From an uncultured Desulfarculus sp. (lineage in GTDB: Bacteria; Desulfobacterota; Desulfarculia; Desulfarculales; Desulfarculaceae): a stretch of 64,000 nucleotides of DNA. Under the pieces are notes generated by a model. That model was given only the letters and a program-made list of their open reading frames with translations, was not told the DNA's origin and searched no databases. The translations under genes and the position numbers were made by a program. Positions 21,329-30,307 of this stretch are shown here, piece after piece. The stretch is from positions 960,001-1,024,000 of the forward strand of contig CAXXUK010000002.1 of NCBI GenBank assembly GCA_963665125.2, read 5' to 3'. Positions within the stretch are counted from its first letter, which is position 1. Every line of letters begins with the position of its first letter.

Positions 21329-22078
21329 ATGAATGAAAAAATGAAAGAGCTTCAGGCCTGGCATGAAATCACAGAATACCAGCGCATTAGAATTCATTTT
21401 GCCCAAATAAGGCACGACAAAGGTGTTCCGCTACGAGAAATCAGTAGAGCCACCGATAAACTTATTAGCATCGCTGAGTCTGGCCACATACCTGACGAAA
21501 TTATTGGTCTTGCAAAAATAATTGAGAAAAATGCTTATTATTTAAGCTCTTTAATAAATGACACAGCAGATGAAGTTTGGAGAAACGCTGATCGTAGAGA
21601 ACGAATATATATAAAGAAATTTTTTAATAGCATTATCGATTCTTGGCTTTCCACCTGTGAAAAGAAAATTGATTTAGAACTTACTTTTGATTTGTGCGAT
21701 GAATACATTAAATGGTATCCGATTCGCCTCCAGAGAATAATGTATAATTTACTCAACAATGCATATAAACATGGGTTTAGAGGAAGAGATGGCGGCGAGG
21801 TCAAGGTCCATTGCCAAACAGTGGTAGATGAATTGTCGGTTACGGTTGAAGATAATGGTAATGGCATTGAGCCTGATTTTACTCGATATATTTGGGATAG
21901 CCATATGAGAAGCAGAGAATCACACTACGATGACGGAAGCGGTATGGGATTGTACATTTGCAAAAAATTATTGAAGCAAACAGGGGATATTATCACTTGC
22001 AATTCATTGTTAGGCAAAGGGACTGTTTTCTTAATAAAAATTGATTCTAAGAGGAAAGAACCAAGGATAAATTTCTAG
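21329..22078 (+). CDS. Sensor-less histidine kinase / HATPase_c protein
   Basis: N box NLLNNAYKHG, G1 VEDNGNGI, G2 GSGMGLYI; degenerate H box RHDKGVPL; AT-rich. Confidence 0.85.
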   Translation: MNEKMKELQAWHEITEYQRIRIHFAQIRHDKGVPLREISRATDKLISIAESGHIPDEIIGLAKIIEKNAYYLSSLINDTADEVWRNADRRERIYIKKFFNSIIDSWLSTCEKKIDLELTFDLCDEYIKWYPIRLQRIMYNLLNNAYKHGFRGRDGGEVKVHCQTVVDELSVTVEDNGNGIEPDFTRYIWDSHMRSRESHYDDGSGMGLYICKKLLKQTGDIITCNSLLGKGTVFLIKIDSKRKEPRINF

Positions 22079-22111
22079 TTTGTCTGTCCCGCCATCCCCT
22101 CGCTATAGTAG

Positions 22112-22348
22112 TTAGTATCTTTTTGCCTCATACTCCGGCACCCGAAAGCGCAATAGCCACCGCTTCCATGCTACACGCAGCCTGCCGAATTGCCGCCAGT
22201 GCAGACGCGCGCCGTCTTGCCTGCTGGCCCACAGGCGCAGGGTGCGAACCGCCGCCCTGCTCGAAGGCGCGGCGCTGGCCAGAAGGCGGCCGGATTGCCG
22301 CAGTTCGAAGCGGCCCGTTGCGTCGACTTCATCCCAGAATCTGGACAT
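22112..22348 (-). CDS. Small hypothetical protein
   Basis: ATG 10 nt after the recombinase stop, same strand. Confidence 0.4.
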   Translation of the reverse strand: MSRFWDEVDATGRFELRQSGRLLASAAPSSRAAVRTLRLWASRQDGARLHWRQFGRLRVAWKRWLLRFRVPEYEAKRY

Positions 22349-22357
22349 GGTTATAAG

Positions 22358-23302
22358 TTAATAATGAATACGCAGGGTGGCCGCCTCCTGGTAGGCGGTG
22401 GGTTTCTTGCAGTATTTGCGGGTTGTGGCGATGCTGGCGTGGCCCAGGGCTTCTTGCACCAGCTCGATGGGCACCCCGGCGTCCAGGGCGTGGCTGGCGA
22501 ATGTTGCCCGGCAGGAGTGCGGCGTGGCCTTGGCGGGCAGTTCGGCCAGACGGGCGTATTTATCGAAGATGCGCTGGATTTGCAACCGCCGCAGATGCCG
22601 TTTCGGCCCGAACGGCTTCACCGGCAGAAACAGCGGGCTTTCGTCCTCGAGGCCGTGCCCGGCCGCCTCCAGCCACTGCCGCAGCCAATACAGGAGCTGG
22701 CTACTCAAAGGATTGCGGATGGTCTTGCCGCCCTTGATGCGGTAGCGCAGCACCCAGAAGCCCGCGTCCTCGAACAGGTCGCGCACCTTGAGCCCGGCTG
22801 CTTCGTTTATCCTGGCCCCGGTGTAGAGCAGCACGCCCAGAATGGCGAAGTCGCGCTTGCCCGCCAGGGTGCCGGGATCGGGCGCGGCCAGCAGCCGCCG
22901 GGCCTGGGCCTTGGTCAGCAGCACGCTCTCCACCTGCCGGTCATTGACGCTGGGGCGCTTGAGGCCATGGCAGGGATTCAGGCCGATGAGTTGAGCCTCG
23001 CACAGCTCCCCGAACAGGGAGCTAAGGGCGGCCAGCCGGGCGCGGATGGTGCGAGGGGCAAGTCCCTGGGCCTCCATGTGCCCGCGCCATGCCAGCACCG
23101 CACCGCGATCCACCCGCCGTAGGTCGTCCGGCCCGGTCAGCCCGGCGAATTGGGCAAAGCTGAGCACGGCCTGCCGGTATGCGGCCTTGGTGTTGGGGCT
23201 GATGAAGTTGTGCAGCCAGAGGTTTTCCGGCCGGGTGTGTCCGGTCCGGGCAAGGCCAGTGCCCCGGCTTGACAAGGCAATCAGGTTGTTGTCTTGGAGC
23301 AT
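22358..23302 (-). CDS. XerC/D-like tyrosine recombinase (resolvase-type)
   Basis: RDFAILGVLLYTGARINE, TPHSCRATFA, LGHASIATTRKY. Confidence 0.92.
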   Translation of the reverse strand: MLQDNNLIALSSRGTGLARTGHTRPENLWLHNFISPNTKAAYRQAVLSFAQFAGLTGPDDLRRVDRGAVLAWRGHMEAQGLAPRTIRARLAALSSLFGELCEAQLIGLNPCHGLKRPSVNDRQVESVLLTKAQARRLLAAPDPGTLAGKRDFAILGVLLYTGARINEAAGLKVRDLFEDAGFWVLRYRIKGGKTIRNPLSSQLLYWLRQWLEAAGHGLEDESPLFLPVKPFGPKRHLRRLQIQRIFDKYARLAELPAKATPHSCRATFASHALDAGVPIELVQEALGHASIATTRKYCKKPTAYQEAATLRIHY

Positions 23303-23320
23303 GGATCAGGGGTGAAATAT

Positions 23321-23348
23321 AGGATGCATAACTAGCTTTATGTATTTG
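23321..23348. promoter_or_regulatory. dif/res-like recombination site upstream of the recombinase
   Basis: aggatgcataa-ctagct-ttatgtatttg (11-6-11, CATAA/TTATG inner arms). Confidence 0.6.
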
Positions 23349-23464
23349 TATTATATCAGATAATGCAATAATAGTAGGTTTTAAGTATGTACCACTAGTG
23401 GAATCATTTATTTGATTCTAAGTAAAAGTTTTCGGGTATCTTGCCATTGTAATATTATCGAAAA

Positions 23465-24427
23465 TTATGCGGCTTTTATTGTCTGCAAAAGCCGATAACT
23501 GCCAGCCATAAAAATTGATTTATCCGAATTTATTTTCTTTATACAGCCAAGGATAAGCTCCCTAAACAGTCTAATAACCAGCAAACACAACTCAAAGAAA
23601 TGTTCAATATCATTCCTACTGTCGAAATGTAACCCAGTATGATCTATGGGCTTGATCCAATCTGATTGAATATTATTGATCCGGCGAACAGCAGTAGTTT
23701 TTCTCTCATATGGATACCAAACACCATGAGAATGTTGGTAGTTAATAGAGTTCCTAATAATTGAAAGCCAATTTCCCTTGCCCCTGCCGCTGGCGTGGGT
23801 AATACCTTTTTTAATTTGCATCAACATTAAAATGGCCTCTTCCCGATGAGGCCTAATAGCCGCTGCATTCTCTGAGTCATCGATCAGCTTGTCAAGTAGT
23901 CTTAGAAAACAATTCCATGTGTCGCCGTGAGTATCTTTCAATTTCTTAAAGCCCACATCATGGTAACCATTGTCAATATCAATCAGGTAAAATCCCTTTT
24001 CGATTTTATTGGAACATGTACTACCGCCTAAATGTTTTATAATATCGTTAATTTTGCTGGCATAAACCTGCTCAATATAAGTACAAGAACGACCAAACAT
24101 CCTTAAAATTGAATGAGCAGCAAAAAAGCTCGCATAGTATAATCTGATTATGCCCCATGCGCCGCTTTTTTTCAAAATAGAGTCTTTTTTAATGCCGCAA
24201 ACACACTCCACAGACGCCATGGCCATTCGGTTGCAATCATTCGCTAACGCATTTTTGAGCCTCCTATCGCTACCTGCTCTCAGAGAAAATGAACTCGCCG
24301 AACAGACGTTACCAACTAAGTAATTTTGGTTAGCAATCCAACCTTTAATATCAACGCTTGGACCTTTACCACAGTTAAATATGTCTAAATGCGTTTGCTG
24401 GACAAGAACTTTTTCTATTGCGTTCAT
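23465..24427 (-). CDS. HEPN-like hypothetical protein
   Basis: LYYASFFAAHSIL, HGDTW and RNSINYQH motifs; AT-rich. Confidence 0.6.
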   Translation of the reverse strand: MNAIEKVLVQQTHLDIFNCGKGPSVDIKGWIANQNYLVGNVCSASSFSLRAGSDRRLKNALANDCNRMAMASVECVCGIKKDSILKKSGAWGIIRLYYASFFAAHSILRMFGRSCTYIEQVYASKINDIIKHLGGSTCSNKIEKGFYLIDIDNGYHDVGFKKLKDTHGDTWNCFLRLLDKLIDDSENAAAIRPHREEAILMLMQIKKGITHASGRGKGNWLSIIRNSINYQHSHGVWYPYERKTTAVRRINNIQSDWIKPIDHTGLHFDSRNDIEHFFELCLLVIRLFRELILGCIKKINSDKSIFMAGSYRLLQTIKAA

Positions 24428-25401
24428 TATAATTCAAAGTCTCCCTTAAGGCAGGCTTCAAATGTTGATATTATTGGTTTATATGCGGGACCGCTTGGGA
24501 TAAGGCTTACCTTCTTAATATTATTACCAATTATACTAAGGAAATAGTAAAAGTTGTCAACATTATAAATGGCTCCGAACTTGTCTTTTACTTTTGCTGC
24601 AACTACAGGTAAAAAACCACAAATTGCCTTAAACATTGTGGCGTTGAATAACATATCTTTGACCTCATGAGGCTGCAAAATAGCTTCATCAAAACTGATG
24701 AAATAGTTATTCATGATTGTGAATATTTCGTATTCACTCTTTCCACCAAATATTTTGACTAATGGTTTTAGAGCCGCATTAAATGTGCTGCGGGTCAGTT
24801 TGCCTTTCGCTTTTTTAGCTGGTGAAAGCCTACCGATTAAGCAGCTAGTAGGGTCAACCATAAATGTATCAAATATCTCTCTCAAATACTCTTCTTGATC
24901 CGATTCATATTCCGCAAGTTTTTTAATATCTAGCAATAACTCTGGAGGAACCCCTTTCTGTTTTGAGTTTATGTCAATAAAAAGTCTCGTTTCATCTCTC
25001 TTAGAAAGACCAGCATAAATAACAACAGGTACTCTTATTGCTTTTTTGGCCTTCATAAAACCAAAAACACGATGTTGCCCGTCGATAATTAAAAAAGCCT
25101 TATTGATATTATTAAAGCTAATGCTTTTATTGCTAGAAGAATATTTTAGATCAGCATCTTCCTGTGCTGACAACACAATTGAGCTTGGGATTGTACCCAA
25201 GCCAGTATCAATATATTTTGCTATTTCCTTGGCTCTATTCTCGTCAAGTTCTCTTTGAAAGCCACGGATAGGATCTTCATCTCTGTTAACCACATAGCAC
25301 GTTTGGGCTAGGAGTTCGCTCGGCAACGTGAGGGAATAGAACTTATGATCACCTTGATGGACTAAACTAACGCTACCATAACTTTTTCTATCTTCAGACA
25401 T
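24427..25401 (-). CDS. DGQHR-domain (DndB/ParB-fold) protein
   Basis: GFQRELDENRAKEI, IIDGQHR, LFIDINSKQKGV. Confidence 0.92.
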   Translation of the reverse strand: MSEDRKSYGSVSLVHQGDHKFYSLTLPSELLAQTCYVVNRDEDPIRGFQRELDENRAKEIAKYIDTGLGTIPSSIVLSAQEDADLKYSSSNKSISFNNINKAFLIIDGQHRVFGFMKAKKAIRVPVVIYAGLSKRDETRLFIDINSKQKGVPPELLLDIKKLAEYESDQEEYLREIFDTFMVDPTSCLIGRLSPAKKAKGKLTRSTFNAALKPLVKIFGGKSEYEIFTIMNNYFISFDEAILQPHEVKDMLFNATMFKAICGFLPVVAAKVKDKFGAIYNVDNFYYFLSIIGNNIKKVSLIPSGPAYKPIISTFEACLKGDFEL

Positions 25402-25435
25402 GATCTCGCTTACCTTCTTATATTCTATTTAATAT

Positions 25436-26374
25436 TCAACGGTTTCTTTCCCGGCCCCCATCACCCCGCTCACGCCTGACCCGCTCCAACTCAGCCTTGC
25501 GTTCCTTCACTCGCTCTTCGCGGTCTTTCTCGGCCTGCCACTGACGGCGGCGTGCGTCCAGATCATCGGCCAGGCCCAGGGTCTTGAGACGGTAGCGTTT
25601 ACCCGTGTTTATGTCCATCACGGCCGGGGAATTACCCCGCTCATAATAGGCCAATCCCAGGTTGGCCAGCAAGCGCTTTAGCTCGTCCGCGTCGCGGGCG
25701 GCGGCCACGCACTGCCCCACCTGGGTGCGCACCTGTTCCTTGCGCGATAGCTTGCCCTGCTCGCTCAGGCGGCGACTCATCTGCGCCTCGCGGTCCCGGC
25801 GGCGTTTGGCTTCGCGCAGGTGGTCTTGGCGCAGGCCGTCCGGCTCGGGCTCGAGTTCCTGGTCAAAGACAATGGAATGCACCAGCTCAGGGTAGCGCTG
25901 GCGCTGGTACTCTTCCATCTCGCGCTGCACCTGGCGGAAGCGCTGCCGCGTCAGGCGAAGCTGCCTGTCAGACTCGATCTTGTTGCCCGAAATGCAGATG
26001 TGCAGATGCGGCCGGTCCTGGTCCTCCAAATCGCGGTGGATCGCCGCCACGGCCAGGCCCTCCTCGGCGCGCATGGCCATGTACACCCGGCCGATGTCCT
26101 CCAAAAGCTCGTCGCTGACCAGATGCCCGTCCTTGGGGTGCGGGCTGATCACCTCGTGGTAGAGCACCACGCCGTTGGCCCGCCGCCGCCGGTACGCCGC
26201 GTTCTGCTCGAACTCCGCCGTGATGGCCGCCGGATCGCTCTCCGGGCTGAGCATGTTGTGCTTGATCAGCGACTGCTCCGGCCGTTTTTCCCGCGCGCCC
26301 GGCTTGAGCATGTAATTGATGAGCCGCCCGAAATTGGCCGAACCCGCCTTGGCGCTCATGCTCTTGATGATCAT
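25436..26374 (-). CDS. Relaxase (HUH, MOB_P-like)
   Basis: N-terminal LINY, YHEVISPH, IHRD...PHLHICIS. Confidence 0.9.
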   Translation of the reverse strand: MIIKSMSAKAGSANFGRLINYMLKPGAREKRPEQSLIKHNMLSPESDPAAITAEFEQNAAYRRRRANGVVLYHEVISPHPKDGHLVSDELLEDIGRVYMAMRAEEGLAVAAIHRDLEDQDRPHLHICISGNKIESDRQLRLTRQRFRQVQREMEEYQRQRYPELVHSIVFDQELEPEPDGLRQDHLREAKRRRDREAQMSRRLSEQGKLSRKEQVRTQVGQCVAAARDADELKRLLANLGLAYYERGNSPAVMDINTGKRYRLKTLGLADDLDARRRQWQAEKDREERVKERKAELERVRRERGDGGRERNR

Positions 26375-26796
26375 GGCCCACCCGCCTCGGGCGGCCGCCG
26401 GATGAAATCCTTGACCTCGCGCTCCAACTCATGCACGCGGGCCTCGGCCTCGCGCCAATCAAAGGGCTTTTTGCCGAGCCAGCCGCGCTTTTTCTGCACG
26501 GTGTTGGTGAAGCGGGCAACCTGGTTCAGGCTGGTGGCGATGTTCCGCAGCAGCGTGGTGAGGGCCTCCAGGCGCTGGCGGATGTCTGCGGGCACCATGT
26601 AGCGGCGCTGGCGATAGGCCCGTTCGGCCGCGCGCAGATACTCACCCGGCTTCAGGCCTGCTGCTTTGGCGGCGCGCTTGACCTCGGCGAACTCGGCCGG
26701 ATCGCTGTAGCTTGTCCAGACGCGCATGCGCCTGGCCTCGTAGGCCGCCTTGCTGGCCGCGATCCGGTCTTGAGTGGTTTGATCTTCGTTGTTCAT
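26371..26796 (-). CDS. MobC-like relaxosome accessory protein
   Basis: RHH-like segment and LRNIATSLNQVARFTN; ATGA overlap with relaxase. Confidence 0.85.
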   Translation of the reverse strand: MNNEDQTTQDRIAASKAAYEARRMRVWTSYSDPAEFAEVKRAAKAAGLKPGEYLRAAERAYRQRRYMVPADIRQRLEALTTLLRNIATSLNQVARFTNTVQKKRGWLGKKPFDWREAEARVHELEREVKDFIRRPPEAGGP

Positions 26797-26839
26797 GCCG
26801 AGGTCTCTTTTGGGGGTTGCAAACGCCGCCGGGGCTGGG

Positions 26840-26915
26840 ATTCCAAAGGGGCGTGAGCGCCCTTTGGCAAGATGCGTTGAGGCCACTTCGGTGCCGAAAC
26901 GCAATCTTGCTCTCA
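26840..26915. other. Candidate oriT
   Basis: Hairpins ccaaagggg-cgtgagcg-ccctttgg and gcaagatgcgtt...aacgcaatcttgc with ATCTTG/C nic-like cores upstream of mobC. Confidence 0.55.
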
Positions 26916-27153
26916 CCACCGCGCGGCCCGTTTTCGCCATTACGGCCATGGTAATAAACACCCGCCCCAAAGGCAAGACCAACCCACCTGCCGGTGATGA
27001 ACAAAAGCTTAAATCCCCACCTGATTCCCGCCCCCGGAGCGGCCCCGTTATCAGCGCCCTGCCCAAAAGAAAATTAAATTTCATCCCAGGCGCTGGCGGA
27101 AAAAGCCCCTGCCTGGTCGAGGTGCGGTGGGTGATTTAGCGGTGAAGAAAAAA

Positions 27154-27414
27154 CTAGCCGTAGAGTTGGGCGTGGGTGCCGAGGGCGACAAACACAAGGC
27201 TGTCTTCACCGATGAAGAAAAGGCAGCGCAGATCGCCGCCCACGTTTATCGAGTACCGGCCGCATCCCTTGGGTTGCAGTTCGTGCAGGCGCAGTGATGG
27301 ATGATCCGGATTTTGCAGAAAAAGCGCAATGGCTTCGTCCACGCGCTGCCGCTGCCTTGCGTTGAGCTTGAGGTAGGCCTTTTTAAAGGATTTTCTGCGC
27401 GTGACTTGCATCAT
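27154..27414 (-). CDS. RelE/YafQ-family mRNA interferase toxin
   Basis: FKKAYLKL, HPSLRLHEL, C-terminal GTHAQLY. Confidence 0.85.
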   Translation of the reverse strand: MMQVTRRKSFKKAYLKLNARQRQRVDEAIALFLQNPDHPSLRLHELQPKGCGRYSINVGGDLRCLFFIGEDSLVFVALGTHAQLYG

Positions 27415-27713
27415 TACTCAGTGTCTGGATTCTTCAAGTCAGCGAGAAATTCCTCCACGCTATCAAAGGAACGGGAGAGGCCAATCCCGGCCTCGGCCTC
27501 CTCAAACGCCTTGAGCGTTTCGGCGTTGAGCTTTTCCGGGACGGCCCGCACGGGGATCATCTCCAGGCCGCGCTCGGTGCGCACGAACTTCACCTGCTTG
27601 CCCTCGGAGATGATATCCCGAAACTCCTTGGGAATGGTGACGATGTTTTTCTTCCTGATCATGGCCAGGGTCATGTCCAGGCTCCTCCCTGAATCAAAGA
27701 TGTGACGCTTCAT
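27414..27713 (-). CDS. Antitoxin (AbrB-like N-terminus, DinJ/RelB-like C-terminus)
   Basis: NIVTIPKEFR; NAETLKAFEEAEAG...FDSVEEFLADL; 1-nt overlap with toxin. Confidence 0.8.
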   Translation of the reverse strand: MKRHIFDSGRSLDMTLAMIRKKNIVTIPKEFRDIISEGKQVKFVRTERGLEMIPVRAVPEKLNAETLKAFEEAEAGIGLSRSFDSVEEFLADLKNPDTE

Positions 27714-27849
27714 GGTGTTGGGTTAAAAATGGACGATTTTCCTCTTTTCCTCCTTTATTCTAGCAAATGGACAAATGCTGTCAAGACGACCGTACTTCGC
27801 TCAACCACCTTAAAAAGCCCGGATTTCCGCTCCGGGCGGGCGGTGAGGA

Positions 27850-28155
27850 TCAGAGCCCCAGTTTCTCCTTGAGCGCCGAGAATCGGCACTCCGGGAAGTA
27901 GAGATCGCGCTCGATGGGCAGGCCCAGCGGACCACGGACGCTCTCCATCTCGTCGAGATTGAAGTAGCCCCATTCGTTTTCCAATCCCATCACATAGCCG
28001 AAGAAGTTGCGCGTCTCGGGGTCGTATTCCGTGGCAAACCACGTCCAGTTGGCGTCCGGCGTGAAGAACTTGCAGATCACCAGCGGATCGGGGTCTTCCT
28101 CCTGACGGCCGGTTTGGGCAAACCTCTGTAAAAGCGCCTGGGTCAAGAGCTTCAT
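27850..28155 (-). CDS. DUF2958 family protein
   Basis: KFFTPDANWTWFATEYD, EWGYFNLDEM, LPIERDLYF. Confidence 0.88.
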   Translation of the reverse strand: MKLLTQALLQRFAQTGRQEEDPDPLVICKFFTPDANWTWFATEYDPETRNFFGYVMGLENEWGYFNLDEMESVRGPLGLPIERDLYFPECRFSALKEKLGL

Positions 28156-28307
28156 CAATGCCTCCTCTTGATTTTGTTTGGGTTTAGTTTTCTCGGGGGG
28201 AAGGCATGATAACGGATGGGAATTTCCCGTCAAGGCGCTTTATATGCTGAAATTATTAAGAAAATAGTAAAAGCCCGCCCCAGGACGGGACGGGCCTTAC
28301 GATGCGG

Positions 28308-28730
28308 CTATAAGTGGCAACCAACAAGCACTATCCATCTGCCAAGATGTTCTTCCGTCATTTCTGACAATTCACGTTCCAGATAATTATCTGAGTCAAA
28401 ATAGCAAACCGGCTTCATCCATTGAATATCATTGTTTTTGTCCCACGCCTTAAGCTTACGCAATAAAGATTTTGTCAATATTTGCGCGTCATCATCGCAG
28501 CCGAGGAAACTCTTAGCCTTTCGTTTGCTCATGTCTTTGCCGGTCATTATGGTTGTGAAAAAGCCTGACCATCCGCCACCGATATTGAAACGGTCGCACC
28601 GGCCACCGGTGAAAAAAGCATCAGTATACACAAAGCCATTATCTACAAGCTCGTGGTAGGCGATTTTTCTGGCCTTTTCAGAACTTTCAGCGTTTTCCTT
28701 GTCTATGAGTACAAAGTATATTTTTTGCAT
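28308..28730 (-). CDS. MGE-associated hypothetical protein
   Basis: CDRFNIGGGWSG motif reminiscent of phage/plasmid families. Confidence 0.7.
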   Translation of the reverse strand: MQKIYFVLIDKENAESSEKARKIAYHELVDNGFVYTDAFFTGGRCDRFNIGGGWSGFFTTIMTGKDMSKRKAKSFLGCDDDAQILTKSLLRKLKAWDKNNDIQWMKPVCYFDSDNYLERELSEMTEEHLGRWIVLVGCHL

Positions 28731-28797
28731 TTTAAGTGATTAATATTGAATATATCCCAAAGGCACCCGGATTTAGGGCGGCCTTGAGATGCAGCGA

Positions 28798-29019
28798 TCA
28801 GTCGTTTTCCTGAAGCCGTAAATACATCAAGTTGATGGCACCGACTTCATCGGCGTCGATCAGGCGGTGCTCTGAAAGGTATCCGGCAAACTCGAAGAAC
28901 TTTTCCCTGGCCTTGTTTTCTCTATCCAGGGCAGCGATGAAAAATAAATTGAGTTTCTGCTTGGCTTCGCTTGTGGTGATTTCGCCAGGAGCGAGCTTGT
29001 AGTCTTTTTCTGTAAGCAT
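28798..29019 (-). CDS. Small hypothetical protein
   Basis: Fits array between hairpins; extended -10 upstream. Confidence 0.6.
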   Translation of the reverse strand: MLTEKDYKLAPGEITTSEAKQKLNLFFIAALDRENKAREKFFEFAGYLSEHRLIDADEVGAINLMYLRLQEND

Positions 29020-29089
29020 TGTGAATGGTTAAAGCTGTAATGATTATAGCACATTGCCGGGATTTGACCCTCCCGGCGGGGGTGTGCGA

Positions 29090-29413
29090 CTAGAGAGTTT
29101 GCCAATCAAGACATGACCCGCCATTGCCTTTGAAGGTTTTTACACGCCGCTTATCAAACAAGGCGCGAGACAGGCAGGAGGCGGTATGAAAATGCATATC
29201 CATTCCACAGCCGACTACCTTTAAACCGTTGTCATTCACATGCCAGCCAAGCAACTCGCCAACCAAATCGGTGATATTACATAGGTGCTCGCCCCTGGCT
29301 TTGGCATAGATTGCCAGCCTTCGGGTCATGCCTGATTTGGAAACATGATTTTGAACAATATAGATTTTCGATGAAGGTTTCATGAGTCTTCTGAGCTCAT
29401 TTTTTGAATTCAT
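29090..29413 (-). CDS. Phage-like hypothetical protein
   Basis: HVSKSGMTRR...GCGMDMHFH motifs recalled from phage hypotheticals. Confidence 0.75.
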   Translation of the reverse strand: MNSKNELRRLMKPSSKIYIVQNHVSKSGMTRRLAIYAKARGEHLCNITDLVGELLGWHVNDNGLKVVGCGMDMHFHTASCLSRALFDKRRVKTFKGNGGSCLDWQTL

Positions 29414-29472
29414 TTTATAGGGAAAGATAATACGAAAAAGCCCGGATTGCCGCTCCGGGCGGGCGGTAGATT

Positions 29473-30162
29473 CTAAACTCGACCGAAACCCAGGAAGCGC
29501 CGGAACTCAGACCACATGCTATCCGGCTTTGGCTCAGGCTTCGGCGGTAAAAGCCTCTCTTTCTCCTCCACCAGAAGACTCCTTTGGAAGGCGGCCCAAA
29601 CCTTGTCCACCGTGGCCTTATAGACTCTACGAAAGCGTGGATACAGCGTCTTGAATGTTGCTTCGGTCATTTCGGACAATCCGTTTTCGCGCAGCACCTC
29701 TTTGGCCAGCCTGCGGAAGTCAAGCAGCTTGAGGGTTTCAAAATCAACCTTACAACCCATGACAATGTCGGGATTTTCGCTTTCCACACCGATCATCGCC
29801 GCATGGGTTTTACGCCTCATGTGCCGCACCAAATCCTCGATCATCACTCCCGGTTTGCCGCCTACGATCATCTTCGGCACGGCCCCTGGGCCGCGCTTGG
29901 CTCTGTCGTCTAAACTGATGCCGCATAGATTGTTTTCGCTATCGTGGTATACGCTAAGAAGACAATATTTAATCCACTCTTCACGGCTTCCAAGAGTCGC
30001 CAGCAACTCGCGCTCGGTGGTTTCGTAGTCGCATTTCATCTCGGTAGGATAGCTGTTGCCATCAATGATATCGTAGGCGTCGATTACTAGTATGCCGCGA
30101 CCGGTTTCGGGGCATAGCTTCAAATCTAAAATCTGTGATTTATGATGTAAAGATACGTTCAT
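29473..30162 (-). CDS. Hypothetical protein
   Basis: 229-aa ORF, first gene of the array. Confidence 0.7.
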   Translation of the reverse strand: MNVSLHHKSQILDLKLCPETGRGILVIDAYDIIDGNSYPTEMKCDYETTERELLATLGSREEWIKYCLLSVYHDSENNLCGISLDDRAKRGPGAVPKMIVGGKPGVMIEDLVRHMRRKTHAAMIGVESENPDIVMGCKVDFETLKLLDFRRLAKEVLRENGLSEMTEATFKTLYPRFRRVYKATVDKVWAAFQRSLLVEEKERLLPPKPEPKPDSMWSEFRRFLGFGRV

Positions 30163-30275
30163 TTTGATGAGTTAAGAATATTTGCTAAAATGGTCTTGTC
30201 TGGGATCAGGCGGGCCTTACGCTCGCCTTTTCCTTTGGCGGGTCTTTGTTCTTCATGTTGATCTGTAAAAGATTT

Positions 30276-30307
30276 AAAAAACCCAGAAGCACCTCGTGCT
30301 TCTGGGT
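30276..30307 (-). terminator. Intrinsic terminator
   Basis: Perfect 12-bp stem acccagaagcac/gtgcttctgggt plus T-run on minus strand. Confidence 0.7.

Noticed and set aside
24427..25401. dnd phosphorothioation cluster
   Set aside because: Only a DGQHR protein is present; no dndA/C/D/E-like genes.
27757..30240. Integron cassette array or CRISPR array
   Set aside because: Hairpins lack RYYYAAC/GTTRRRY attC boxes, no IntI-type integrase is adjacent, and the repeats are separated by whole genes, not constant-length spacers.
30206..30256. 16-codon minus-strand ORF MKNKDPPKEKASVRPA
   Set aside because: Too short to support without conservation or ribosome data.
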